The notes beneath the pieces are model-generated. The model saw nothing but the letters and a program-made list of their open reading frames with translations, did no database searches and had not been told where the DNA came from. A DNA stretch of 64,000 nucleotides from Azolla caroliniana (Eukaryota; Plantae; Polypodiophyta), in the NCBI GenBank assembly GCA_043228905.1, contig JBHGNT010000016.1, positions 13,888,001-13,952,000 on the forward strand, read 5' to 3'. The position numbers were made by a program, and so were the translations under genes. Shown here piece after piece: positions 12,311 to 24,346 of the stretch (positions are counted from its first letter, which is position 1; every line of letters starts with the position of its first letter).

Positions 12311-12556
12311 AGAAAACAAGGTTAGAAGGGACAAAGGAATGGCTAGCTCTCTCCCGACGGAGAAGCTCGATAGATCCAACTATGCATCTTGGTCGTACAA
12401 GATGCACCAATACCTGCTCGAGCACGGTTACTAGAGTTATGTTGACGAAGCTAACGATATGGCGCTTGATGCGGCACACAGGGACTTCCTGACTTGGGAA
12501 CAAGCAGCAAGCAGAGTTATGTACTGCTTTGCATCTAGTGTCACCAATCAATTGTT

Positions 12557-12946
12557 TGTTGGCCGGTCAGAAGAGCAAGGACAAGTGGGAAGGCGGAGTC
12601 GGATCGGATAATAGGAAGTAGATAATAGTAGAATTATTATTCGGAGGGACGGATCCGGTACAGTTGTACCGATCCGGATCCGGACCGATTCGGATGTCGG
12701 TTGCCTAAGCGCACCGATTGTAACCTTGCCGGATGCCTATAAAAGGATCCGATGAATTGTAAAGGGTTGGACGGAAGTAATACAATAGTAATTATTGCGT
12801 GTTTATCTGTATCTTCGTATTGTTTACCGTCTGTGCTTAATTGTAATCATCTTACGCGTGTAACCTAGCATCCAATCCTTACCACTCCTTTGGAGAAATT
12901 TCGGATAGACACCTGTGTTGAGGCTAGTCTGGCCAGGTAGACAACA
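12557..12946 (+). repeat. Gypsy 5' LTR
   Basis: Direct repeat of 27511-27900; cctataaaagg TATA near 12736. Confidence 0.97.
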
Positions 12947-12952
12947 CTATTT

Positions 12953-12963
12953 TGGCGACCACA
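12953..12963 (+). other. Primer-binding site, probably tRNA-Arg
   Basis: TGGCGACCACA 6 nt after the LTR, complementary to a ...UGUGGUCGCCA tRNA 3' end (recalled plant tRNA-Arg; not searched). Confidence 0.7.
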
Positions 12964-12998
12964 ATTCCTGCAAAGTGCAGAGGAAAACCGGGGGATGG

Positions 12999-13620
12999 AT
13001 GTCTAGACCAAACGACAACCACATCACCGAACGAGGGAGACGATACACCGAACGCGAGCAACGACGGGAAGCCCTGCAGCAAGCCGTCGACGAGATCCGG
13101 CGGGATCGGTCATTCTCCAAAACTCTTCGGAGAGTCGCAGAAGAAGCACTGCAGTTCCGGGTTCTGCAAATCCCCGACGAAGGCAGTAGCATAACAAGCC
13201 TGCAAGAGGCGGAAACGATACTACAGACGCTCGTCGGGGGCGACGGGAACTCGGAAGCATTCGCAACACTTGAGGCGGAGTCGGAAAGCGACAGAAGCGT
13301 TGCGTCCCGGTATAAAAGCAGCCATGACACACCAAACGACCGGGAGGAAGAGGGGTCGGAAGACTCAGTAACACCGGAGCCAGAGGAAGAAATAACCCTG
13401 GAATTCGGTGACCGGCAATCGCCGAGGGAGGCTAACCGGATACCGACAACAACCGCGAAGGAACCGAAGGAGCGGATACTGACAACACCCGTGAAGGAAC
13501 CGAAGGAGTGGATACCAACAACACCCGCGGAGGAACCAAAGGACCGGACACCGGCAACACCCGCAGAGGAACCAAAGGTTCTCACACCAACGCCAACAGC
13601 GGACAAAGAGCGGAGGAAGC
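12999..13620 (+). pseudogene. Gypsy gag N-terminus, broken by Copia DNA
   Basis: ORF from MSRPND; the frame runs into antisense Copia sequence at about 13621. Confidence 0.75.
13437..13580 (+). repeat. 36-bp in-frame tandem repeat x4 in gag
   Basis: RIPTTTAKEPKE / RILTTPVKEPKE / WIPTTPAEEPKD / RTPATPAEEPKV. Confidence 0.9.
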
Positions 13621-13623
13621 ACT

Positions 13624-14874
13624 TCTATCAAACCACTTCTATTCACTCTAGATTGTTCTTCTTGCAAAAGAAGAGACACAACCTCATCAAATGCGTACAT
13701 ATCCGTATTCCCTTTTGCAACCAAACGAATAGTAGTAGCAAAGCTTTGAAAAGATTCGGGTAATCCTTTCAACAACGTAGAGACAAGTGATGTATTCGAA
13801 ATGATCTCATCAATGTTTGCCAATTGCTCTTTCAAATCTTTAATGCGTGTCACATACACATCTACCGACTCATTTTCAGCCATATATACATCCTCAAGTT
13901 GCTTTCTCAAATATGCAACACGTGCTTCGTTACGCACGGCATACAACGAAGCAAGAGTGTCCCATGCTTGTTTGGACGTAGAGCATGACCGAATATGTGG
14001 AACTATATGACGCTTCACAGAAAGTGCAATCAATGCATGAGCTTGAGCATCTTTTCCATCCCATCTAAGTTGCTCTTGTGTTGGTGGAGTAGATGAAGTC
14101 ACTGTGCTCGAAGATGAACCTGTATCTGTGATAGTAGACTGTGAAGTAGTAGGACCGGCGGGGCGTCGATCTACATCTACCACTATGTTCCATAGTTGTT
14201 TGGCAACAAGAACGTGTTTCATCATGTAGGACCACATTGGATAGTTTGTCCCATCAAGCTTATCTTCAGCTTGAAGCATGCCAAACAAATCACCATTGTT
14301 TGCCATTTTACCAAAGAACAAGAAAGTGGTAAAATATTACCTCAACAAATCGGAAATGAGTGCTGAAAATGCAGCTCACAGACTATCACTCGGATGACGA
14401 TTTCGACTACACGAACGGCTTCGAAATGGGGGTAAAATAGCAGGGTACCTGCTGAAAATGCGCTCCAAGTGCTGAAATACACTTCTCTATATTCGGAAGT
14501 TGATTTGCACAATGAAAAGTGCGCGCGCGCCGCGACACCGCGATGCGGACAACCGAAGATGGAGAGGATGAAGAACTTGGCTCTGATACCACTGTTGGGT
14601 ATGTGAGGAAGAGTGGGAAACACACAAGAAGCTCAAAGAAAGAAGCACTCACACAAGGAAGGCAATGGCTGGAATAGCTCTCTATTGATGAATGTTCCTA
14701 AAAAAATAGAAGCTGAAATATATATCCCTAAGTACTAAGTACCACCACTTATGAGTGACTCATGTATGTGGTAACATGGGAAAAAAACCTCTAGCCAGCA
14801 CTAGAGTAAAAAGTGCCCATGTATAGGGAAAATGGTTCACATCAAAGCTACTAGAGGAACACGCAAGTGTAACA
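13624..14874 (-). mobile_element. Truncated second unit of a tandem Copia (shared LTR, PBS, leader, gag 5' part)
   Basis: Appears identical to 18510-19760 (offset 4886) apart from one terminal base. Confidence 0.95.
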
Positions 14875-17800
14875 AACCCCCCTGGAGCGAATGATGTGAA
14901 CATGTACAAGGAGTGACAGATCAGCCCCCACAAGGCAATAAGCCTAAAGCTTTGCGAAAAGCTTCAAACTTTTCTCGTGGAAGAGCTTTGGTGAATATGT
15001 CTGCCACGTTATCTTGTGTAGGCACATATACCAAATCAATATCTCCTGCATGAAAGCGCTCTCTCACATAGTGATAATGCACCTCAATGTGTTTGGTCCG
15101 TGCATGAAATACAGGATTTCGTGCAACAGCCAATGCACTCTGACTATCTGTGAGAATACGTGTAGCAACTTCAATCTCCATGCAAAGATCCATCAAAAGG
15201 CGTCTTAGCCATATACACTCCACTGTAGCTGTGAAAACTGCCCTGTACTCAGCTTCACAACTTGATGTCGCCACTGTAGGTTGCTTTTTACTCAACCAAG
15301 ATATACATGAGTTTCCAAAGAAAAAGCAATTACCACTAGTGGACACGCGAGTATCATAACAACCAGCCCAATCACTATCTGTAAAGGCATGCAAGCATGA
15401 CTGAGTATCTCTGCCATAAAAGAGACCCAAGCTCAAAGTGCCTCTAAGATATCTGAACACACGTTTCACTGCTTGCCAATGCTTAGTGCCAGGGCTATGC
15501 ATGAATTGACTCAATTGGGAGACTGCATACTGTATATCCGGCCTTGTATTGCATGCATATATAAGACATCCCACAGCTTGTTGATAAAGAGAAGTATCAA
15601 ACGCATCACTAGAATCCTCAACAGAGAACCTAAATCCTGTCTCCACATGTGTATAAACCGGCTTGCAATCCTCAAAGTCAAAACGCTGAAGTAGTTTTTC
15701 AACATACTTTCCTTGATGCATAAACATTCCCCCCTCAACGGATACAAACTGGATGCCAAGATAGTAGCTCAAAAGACCAAGATAAGTGACTTCAAAAGTA
15801 TGCTGCAAATCAGCCATAAGAAAATCGAGTTTTGCATCACATGACCCAGTCAAGAGTATGTCATCAACATAAAGAACGAGCACTAGAAGATCAGCCCCAT
15901 CTTTGCGTACATAAAGTGTGCTTTCAATCGGACTACATGTGAAGCCAAGAGAAATCAAGTGCTTATGGATTTTTTCATACCATGCACGCGGAGCTTGCTT
16001 GAGACCATACAAGGCCTTATGCAAGCGACAAACCATATGCTCTTTCTCTTTCGTAGCAAATCCAGGAGGTTGCTTCACATAAACCTCTTCTTGCAAATCA
16101 CCATTTAAAAAGGCTGTTTTTATGTCCAATTGATGCATTTTCCAACCTCTTTGGGCAGCCAATGCAACCACGGTACGAATGGTAGTCATGCGTGAAGTAG
16201 GTGCAAAAGTTTCCTCATAATCAATGCCATATTGTTGGGCATATCCTTTGGCAACCAATCTAGCTTTGTAGCGATCAATACTACCATCGGGCTTTCGTTT
16301 AATCTTGTAAACCTACCTAGTACCAATCACATTCTTTCCTTTTGGCAATTCACATAACTCCCAAGTACCATTTTTATGAATGGAATCCATTTCTGATTGC
16401 ATAGCACTCATCCAATGTGGATCATCACATGCATCTTCAAAAGTAAGTGGCTCCTCATTACATGCTATTGCAACAATAGAATAATCCACAAAATTACCTG
16501 ATGCATGGCGAGAGCTTGATCTTGTTTTACCAAGTAAAGGTGCACTCAATTTGCTATCTTGCAAAGTTTGTTTCAGCCACCTCGGCATAGTTTGTGACCT
16601 CTCGATAGCCATACGTTCATTATGTAATACATCTTCAATATGTACATCATGCGTGGGCTGAATTTCATGCTCATTTTCAGCCACATTTGGTTGGACATTT
16701 CGTGCATTTTCAACACTTATTTGCTGGAAATTTTTATCCCTTTGAGACTCACTTGGCTGGTCTACATGTCCATGGTCAAGCGCAGCACTTTGGAACAAAG
16801 GCATGAGTGTATCAAACACATCTTGTGAGCTAACTGTTGGTTGTTTTTTGCATTCAAGAAAAGGGAAAGCTGAATTTTCAGCAAATACCACATCTCGACT
16901 CACAATAATTGTGTCCGTCAATGGATGATACAAACGATATCCCTTACTTTCCGCACTATAACCAACAAATATGCATTTCTTTGCCTTGTCATCAAGTTTG
17001 TGACGTTGTTGTGATGGCACAAGAGCATATGCCAAACAACCGAACACACGCATATGACTAACCATAGGTTTATGTCCATTCCAAGCCTCATATGGCGTAA
17101 TGACTCTCAACGCTTTTGTAGGGCAACGATTCAACACATAATTTGCACACATAACCGCTTCCATCCAAAACTTGTTAGGAAGATGCTTTCCTTTAACCAT
17201 ACATCGTGCCATCTCTAAGAGTGTTCTATTTTTGCGTTCTGCAACACCATTTTGTTGAGGTGTATATGGCACCGTACATTGATGTAAAATACCTCTTTCA
17301 CAAAGAAAAGCATTAAACTCATGTGACATATATTCGCCACCACGATCCGTGCGTAGAGTCAAGAGCTTATTTGCGGAAAAAATTTCAGCCATAGCTAAAA
17401 ATGATTTGAAGCAAGAAAAGACTTCATTCTTTGCTTTCATAGGATACACCCATGTATGACGAGTAGCATCATCAATGAAGGTAACAAAATATACATGCTT
17501 TCCAAAAGATGGAGTCTTTACAGGACCACACACATCACTATGAACAAGTTGTAATTTTCTTGTAGTGTGTGTATGACTATCTTTTGGAAAAGAAGCACGA
17601 TGCATTTTTCCAAGAATGCAACCTTCACATGCATGTTTTTCAATGGACTCAAGTGTAGGCAACCCAATAACCATATCCTTCTTTTGCAAGTGAAGCAAAC
17701 TATTGAAGTTCAAGTGACCAAAACGAGCATGCCAAAGCTCCATTTCAGCCATGGAAGAAGTATGTACAGCCAAGGCATTTAGAGAAGCCCTCTTGTATGT

Positions 17801-19760
17801 ATCTAAACGGTACAAGCCATTGCATAATGTACCGGACATCACGATAACATCACCATTGCTATAATCGTGAACCATGCACTTATCATCAACAAAATGTACA
17901 TGAAGTCCGGCTTTGGCAATCAAAGGAACCGAAATTAAGTTCTTCTTGATACCGGGCACATACAATACATTCTTTAAGATGACAACACCTCCATTTGCAG
18001 CCGAAAGCTCAATTTCTCCTACTCCAATGATAGGATAAGAGGCATTGTTTGCACACACCACATGTCCACCTTTGGGTGCATCTTTCAAGGATGCAAAAAA
18101 ACTTTTGCATGAAGTAATGTGCTTTGAAGCACCACTATCAAAGAACCAATCCGAATCAATCTCACTTACAACCATACATTTAGAGTGCAATGATGCATCA
18201 TAATGATATGTAACAACACATGCCCAATAATCTTGAGCCATGTTGGCCTCATCACTCTTTGCACTTGAAACATTTTCAGAAATGGTCATGCCGGATTCCT
18301 TCTTCTTCTCATTGCGCTCAACAAGCTTTCTACATTCTTCAATCGTATGGCCAACCTTTCGACAATATTTGCATCTTTTCTTCTTTTGCAAATCACCATC
18401 ATTAGAGGAATAAGTGAAAGAGGGAGGTTGAGGCTTTGGTTTTGAAGAACCAAAAGCTGAACCATGCTTGCCTTTTCCTTTTTGTGAGATAGCAAGTGCT
18501 TGTGTTCCCTCTATCAAACCACTTCTATTCACTCTAGATTGTTCTTCTTGCAAAAGAAGAGACACAACCTCATCAAATGCGTACATATCCGTATTCCCTT
18601 TTGCAACCAAACGAATAGTAGTAGCAAAGCTTTGAAAAGATTCGGGTAATCCTTTCAACAACGTAGAGACAAGTGATGTATTCGAAATGATCTCATCAAT
18701 GTTTGCCAATTGCTCTTTCAAATCTTTAATGCGTGTCACATACACATCTACCGACTCATTTTCAGCCATATATACATCCTCAAGTTGCTTTCTCAAATAT
18801 GCAACACGTGCTTCGTTACGCACGGCATACAACGAAGCAAGAGTGTCCCATGCTTGTTTGGACGTAGAGCATGACCGAATATGTGGAACTATATGACGCT
18901 TCACAGAAAGTGCAATCAATGCATGAGCTTGAGCATCTTTTCCATCCCATCTAAGTTGCTCTTGTGTTGGTGGAGTAGATGAAGTCACTGTGCTCGAAGA
19001 TGAACCTGTATCTGTGATAGTAGACTGTGAAGTAGTAGGACCGGCGGGGCGTCGATCTACATCTACCACTATGTTCCATAGTTGTTTGGCAACAAGAACG
19101 TGTTTCATCATGTAGGACCACATTGGATAGTTTGTCCCATCAAGCTTATCTTCAGCTTGAAGCATGCCAAACAAATCACCATTGTTTGCCATTTTACCAA
19201 AGAACAAGAAAGTGGTAAAATATTACCTCAACAAATCGGAAATGAGTGCTGAAAATGCAGCTCACAGACTATCACTCGGATGACGATTTCGACTACACGA
19301 ACGGCTTCGAAATGGGGGTAAAATAGCAGGGTACCTGCTGAAAATGCGCTCCAAGTGCTGAAATACACTTCTCTATATTCGGAAGTTGATTTGCACAATG
19401 AAAAGTGCGCGCGCGCCGCGACACCGCGATGCGGACAACCGAAGATGGAGAGGATGAAGAACTTGGCTCTGATACCACTGTTGGGTATGTGAGGAAGAGT
19501 GGGAAACACACAAGAAGCTCAAAGAAAGAAGCACTCACACAAGGAAGGCAATGGCTGGAATAGCTCTCTATTGATGAATGTTCCTAAAAAAATAGAAGCT
19601 GAAATATATATCCCTAAGTACTAAGTACCACCACTTATGAGTGACTCATGTATGTGGTAACATGGGAAAAAAACCTCTAGCCAGCACTAGAGTAAAAAGT
19701 GCCCATGTATAGGGAAAATGGTTCACATCAAAGCTACTAGAGGAACACGCAAGTGTAATA
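14593..19760 (-). mobile_element. Near-intact Ty1/copia element nested in the gypsy gag
   Basis: 282-bp LTRs at 14593-14874 and 19479-19760, PBS 19466-19477, PPT next to 14875. Confidence 0.97.
14921..19192 (-). pseudogene. Copia gag-PR-INT-RT-RH polyprotein with one premature stop
   Basis: ORFs 16313-19207 and 14921-16258 are in the same frame, separated by TAG at 16313-16315 where W is expected (IGTR*VYKIK); CKYCRKVGH, DSGAS, YVDD, DSDWAG motifs. Confidence 0.95.
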
Positions 19761-22700
19761 GCGATAACTATGACCGAGAGGAGAGACGCAGAGATAGCTA
19801 CCCCGGGACCGGTACGACCGAGACGAATCCCCGGAATAGGAACGACGCAGAGAAGAGAGGCGACAAGGGAACCGAAATTTCCGACGGAATCAGAAGCGTG
19901 GATTTTTCCGAAGAGAGGAACGTCGGGAGGCAGTGAGGAATGACAACCCGGTATCGGTACCGGATAACCGAAAAACCGAAGACGACCGCCGGAGCATACC
20001 CACCCTCCAAACCGGGGACAAAGGAGAAACGAGCAACAGTCACAAGGTGTACTGTTATTACTTCCGTAAGGAAGGCCACTATAGTAACCAATGCCCAAGC
20101 AAAACCAATGACAAGCAGCCGGAAGTCAACATGGTTACAGCCGAAATGACAGAAGTACAGCAGGTCACAACCCGGTCAAAGGGAAAGACCGCCGAGTGGG
20201 AAGCCCAGGAGGCAATCAGAAAACAAGCGGCACAATGGATCAAGCAGGCCAATGAACAGAATACGGCAGAAGTAAGAGACCAAAATATGCCAAAAGACGA
20301 AGAAATCATACAGCCAGGAGAAAACCCGACGTGGCAAGCGCTACAGGACTGTCAAATCGTGCTGTCGTTAGCACGACTACTACAGTTGGTGCCACGGTTT
20401 ACGGCAGACTTACAGGCATCCGTGAGAAAACCGAAGCCGACGCCAGCACCGGCATTCTTCTCCAACCCGGAGGAAGGACCAGCGGTGGTCGATACAAGTA
20501 GCCTGGTGATCACGGCAATCGTGAAAGGAAAGGAAATTGCTGGAACGATTATTGACGGAGGCTCCGGGGTAAATGTCATCAGCCGACAGACATGCAACAA
20601 CCTGGGCATCCGGGAATGAGAACCATGCCCCTTCTGGTTACGCATGGCGGATACCAGCTCAGTCCGACCGACCAGGCTTATCCGGGATTTGGAAGTAACG
20701 ATCGGAGGCCACGTATTCCGGATATCGGCCGTGGTGCTGCAGCTGAATGTACAAGGCGCGTACCCCCTACTGCTAGGACGACCATGGTTGCGAACGACGC
20801 ATATCAAGTAGAGCTAGCAGAAGAACATGATCACATTCCGGCGAGGGAAAACAAAGGTACGAGTAACGACGCAACCACGGGTGATCACCAGTAAGGAAGC
20901 AACTCCATTGTATGCGGAAAGCATTAACATGTTGGAGGGATTACCGGACGAGGAAGTCGAGCGGTACCTCGAGGAACACCCACGAATCGTCCCACTATTT
21001 GAGGTGGATATCACGGCGGCAGTAGAACCGTACATTACGAAGCCGGATGAACCGGACCAAGCGGCGATCCGGGAACTGCGACAAGCGCAGGAATCCCTAG
21101 AGAGGGAAATGACAATATCCCAGAGAGTAAAAGCATCCCAACTAGAGGAGGTGGACCTCGGCACAGCAGACAAGCCCCGACCGGTAAATGTTGCAAAGGA
21201 ATTGCCGAAGGAAGAAAAGAAGGCAATGGTAGCATTATTAACAGACTTCAAGGATGTGTTTGCGTGGTCGTACGAAGACATGCGAGTGCTGGACCCCCAG
21301 CTCTATCAACACCAAATTCACCTAAGTACGGACGCGAAACCGATCGCTCAACGCAGGTACTGGATGAATCCGAATTATGCGGCAAAGGTGAAGGAGGAAA
21401 TTGATAAGCTCCTCCGGGTTGGATTTATCCGACCGGTCAAGCAGGCAACCTGGCTGAGTCCGATAGTGGTGGTCCCGAAAAAGAATGGCAAAATCCGGGT
21501 ATGCGTGGACTACCGAAAACTAAATGTCGCAACAGTGACCGATGCGTTTCCACTACCATTTACGGACGGGGTGTTAGATGCGGTAGCCGGCCACGAAGTT
21601 TACAGCTTCCTGGATGGATTTAGCGGCTACAACCAAATACGAATGAACCCGGCCGACCAGGAGAAGATAGTGTTCGTGACGGAATAGGGAGTGTTCGTCG
21701 CGGTCGTGATGATGTTCGGACTAAAGACGGCTCCAACGACCTTTCAAAGGATAATAATGGAAATTTTCGGGGAATATATCCCCGGTTTTATGCAGGTCTT
21801 CCTTGACGATTTCGCGGTCTACAGCCGGCACGGAGAGCATCTCGATCACCTCCGGCTGTACTTGGAGAAGTGCCGCGAGTACCGATTGAGCCTGGACCCG
21901 GCCAAGTGCGTCTTTGGAGTGGCAAGTGGCAACTTACTAGGGCACGTGGTGAGTAAGGAAGGAATCGCGGTAGATCCGGATAAAGTCAAGGCGATTCTTG
22001 AGGCACCAGCACCAAATAACGCAAAGGCTTTAAGCCGGTTCCTGGGCCAAATAAGGTGGCATAGCCGGATGATACGACACCTCGCAGACTTCGTTACACC
22101 ATTACATACCGCCGTACACAGGGTACCCTTCCTATGGGCGGAGACGGAGGTGGAAGCCTACCAAGCGTTGAAGGTTATGCCGTCGCAAGCTCCGATGGTG
22201 CAACCGCCGGATTGGAGTAAAAGCTTTCACGTCTTCGTCGACGCGTCGGACGTAGCAATCGACAGCGTTCTGATGCAACTCACGGAGCCGAAATGGTACC
22301 GACCGGTGTACTACGCAAGCCGGAAACTCTCAAAAGCCGAGCGGAATTACTCTACGACGGAACGCGAGGCATTGGGAATGGTGTATAGTGTCACAAAGTA
22401 CAGGCACTATCTGCTCGGAAGGAGGTTTTCCTTCCATGTCGACCATTCGGCACTACTCTACTTGGTCTCGAAGGCATCCCTGACGGGAAAAATTGCACGA
22501 TGGACACTGCTGTTACAGGAATTTGAATTCGACATTTTCCACCGACCCGGGGCGCAGCATGCGGTAGCGGACTACCTAAGCAGACTCGAATCCGGAGAAG
22601 CAGGGGACAGCGTCCAGGATGAGTTCCCCGACGCCGAGTTGTTCCGGATCACGACGAAACCGGCAACGGATGCAACGGTAGCCGATGAAGACACGTGGCT

Positions 22701-24023
22701 AACTGAGATGCATCAGTTCCTGAGCACCAGAGTTCCCCCGGAGAATATGGACCGCGATGAAAGGAAAAGGGTAGCAGTAAGAAGCAGACATTTCTGCTTG
22801 GTTGGAGACACCCTCTATCACAAGGGGGCAGATGGCATCTGGAGACGAGCAGTGCGGAGTGATGAGAAGGATCTAATCCTCAGGGAAGCCCACTGTGGAA
22901 TTGTCGGCGGGCATTATGCCGGCGACGCAACCGCTCGGAAAATATGGCAGAGCGGACTGTGGTGGCCCACCACCCTAAAAGATGTCGTGAAGTATAGCAG
23001 AGAATGCGATTTGTGTCAACGATTGGGCCAACCCACGGAGCAGGCCCGGATGCCACACCACTCGGTCTTGCCTTTGGAACCGTTTCAAAAGTGGGGTTTC
23101 GATTTTGTCGGTCCCTTCAAGCCACCGGCAATGCGAACCGGAAATCGGTATGTCATAGTGGCGACCAACTATTGCACCAAATGGGTAGAAGCAAAGGCCT
23201 TACGGGACAACACGGCCGCGTCCACGGAAAAGTTCCTGTACGAGTGCATATGGTGCCGGTATGGATGCCCGATCGAGCTTATAAGTGACCAAGGAGGACA
23301 TTTTCTCGGGCAGGTAGTAGAAAGCCTGACGTCATTTTACGCAGTGGTACATAAAAAGAGTACTCCCTACTACCCTCAAGCCAATGAACTAGCGGAATCA
23401 ACGAACAAAACTCTGTAGAACATCCTACGAAAATCGTCAACGAGAACCGGACCGACTGGGATACGAAATTGCAAAGCGCGCTATGGGCGTACCGAACAAC
23501 GTACAAAACCAGCATCCGGACAACCCCGTTCCGACTAGCATTCGGTTTAGAAGCGGTCATGCCGGTAGAGTTCCAGATCCCCAGCTTACGGATTCAGGTG
23601 AAGGAGCGCTTAAGTGAGAACGAGTCCGAACGAATCCGGCTGGCGACGTTGTTGGAATTAGAAGAAAACCGAATAGCCAGCTTACTACAACTCGAACTAG
23701 AGCAAAGGAGGAGAAAAGCTTTCGTGGACCGACACCGGCGTGGCAACGAAAAGGAGTTCGAAGTCGGGAAACCAGTGCTACTATTCCAGACACGGATGGG
23801 GAACATGCTGGGAAAGTTGCGGTTTCGGTGGACCGGACCGTTCTGGATCACCAAGGAGTACAATGGGTCGTATCAGCTCGGCACGTTGTCTGGAGATGTC
23901 ATCGGCAAGTGGGCAAATGGGTTTCGGCTAAAGCCGTATAAGGGAAATATGCCAGCGAACCCGTTCAAGCAAAACCCGGAAATCCGGCAAGATGAGGAAC
24001 CGACACCGACAGACGCTGCTTAA
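19761..24023 (+). pseudogene. Gypsy gag C-terminus and pol (PR-RT-RH-INT)
   Basis: Degenerate CCHC knuckle, IIDGGSGVN, CVDYRKLN, FLDD, VDASD..NYSTTERE, HHCC-DDE integrase, WTGPF; several stops and frameshifts. Confidence 0.95.
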
Positions 24024-24140
24024 GATATTCGAACCGAGGAAGAACCGACACCGATACTGACAAAGACTATCCCGGATAACCGACAGAAGGATCCCGTATC
24101 CACACGAACCGACCCGAACAAATCGGGGGGGACCAGCAAA

Positions 24141-24310
24141 TGACGTGGTCCAAACAAAGAAAAAAAAAAAAAGACGTGGGCAAAATCGACGCGAATCATA
24201 GTAATGATGGGGAGATCACAAGAGGTGGGAGCGCCACCATGCAACGAAGAGGCACCATGCATTAAAGAAGGACGTGCGCATACTTGCTATTTAAAGCATG
24301 GAACGTGGGC
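24141..24310 (+). promoter_or_regulatory. Putative internal promoter for the extra ORF
   Basis: ACGTG motifs at 24141, 24173, 24271 and 24301 and CTATTTAAAG at 24287-24296, about 55 nt before ATG 24347. Confidence 0.45.
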
Positions 24311-24346
24311 ACTCACACGCGGCAAACAAGAAAGGACATACTAATT

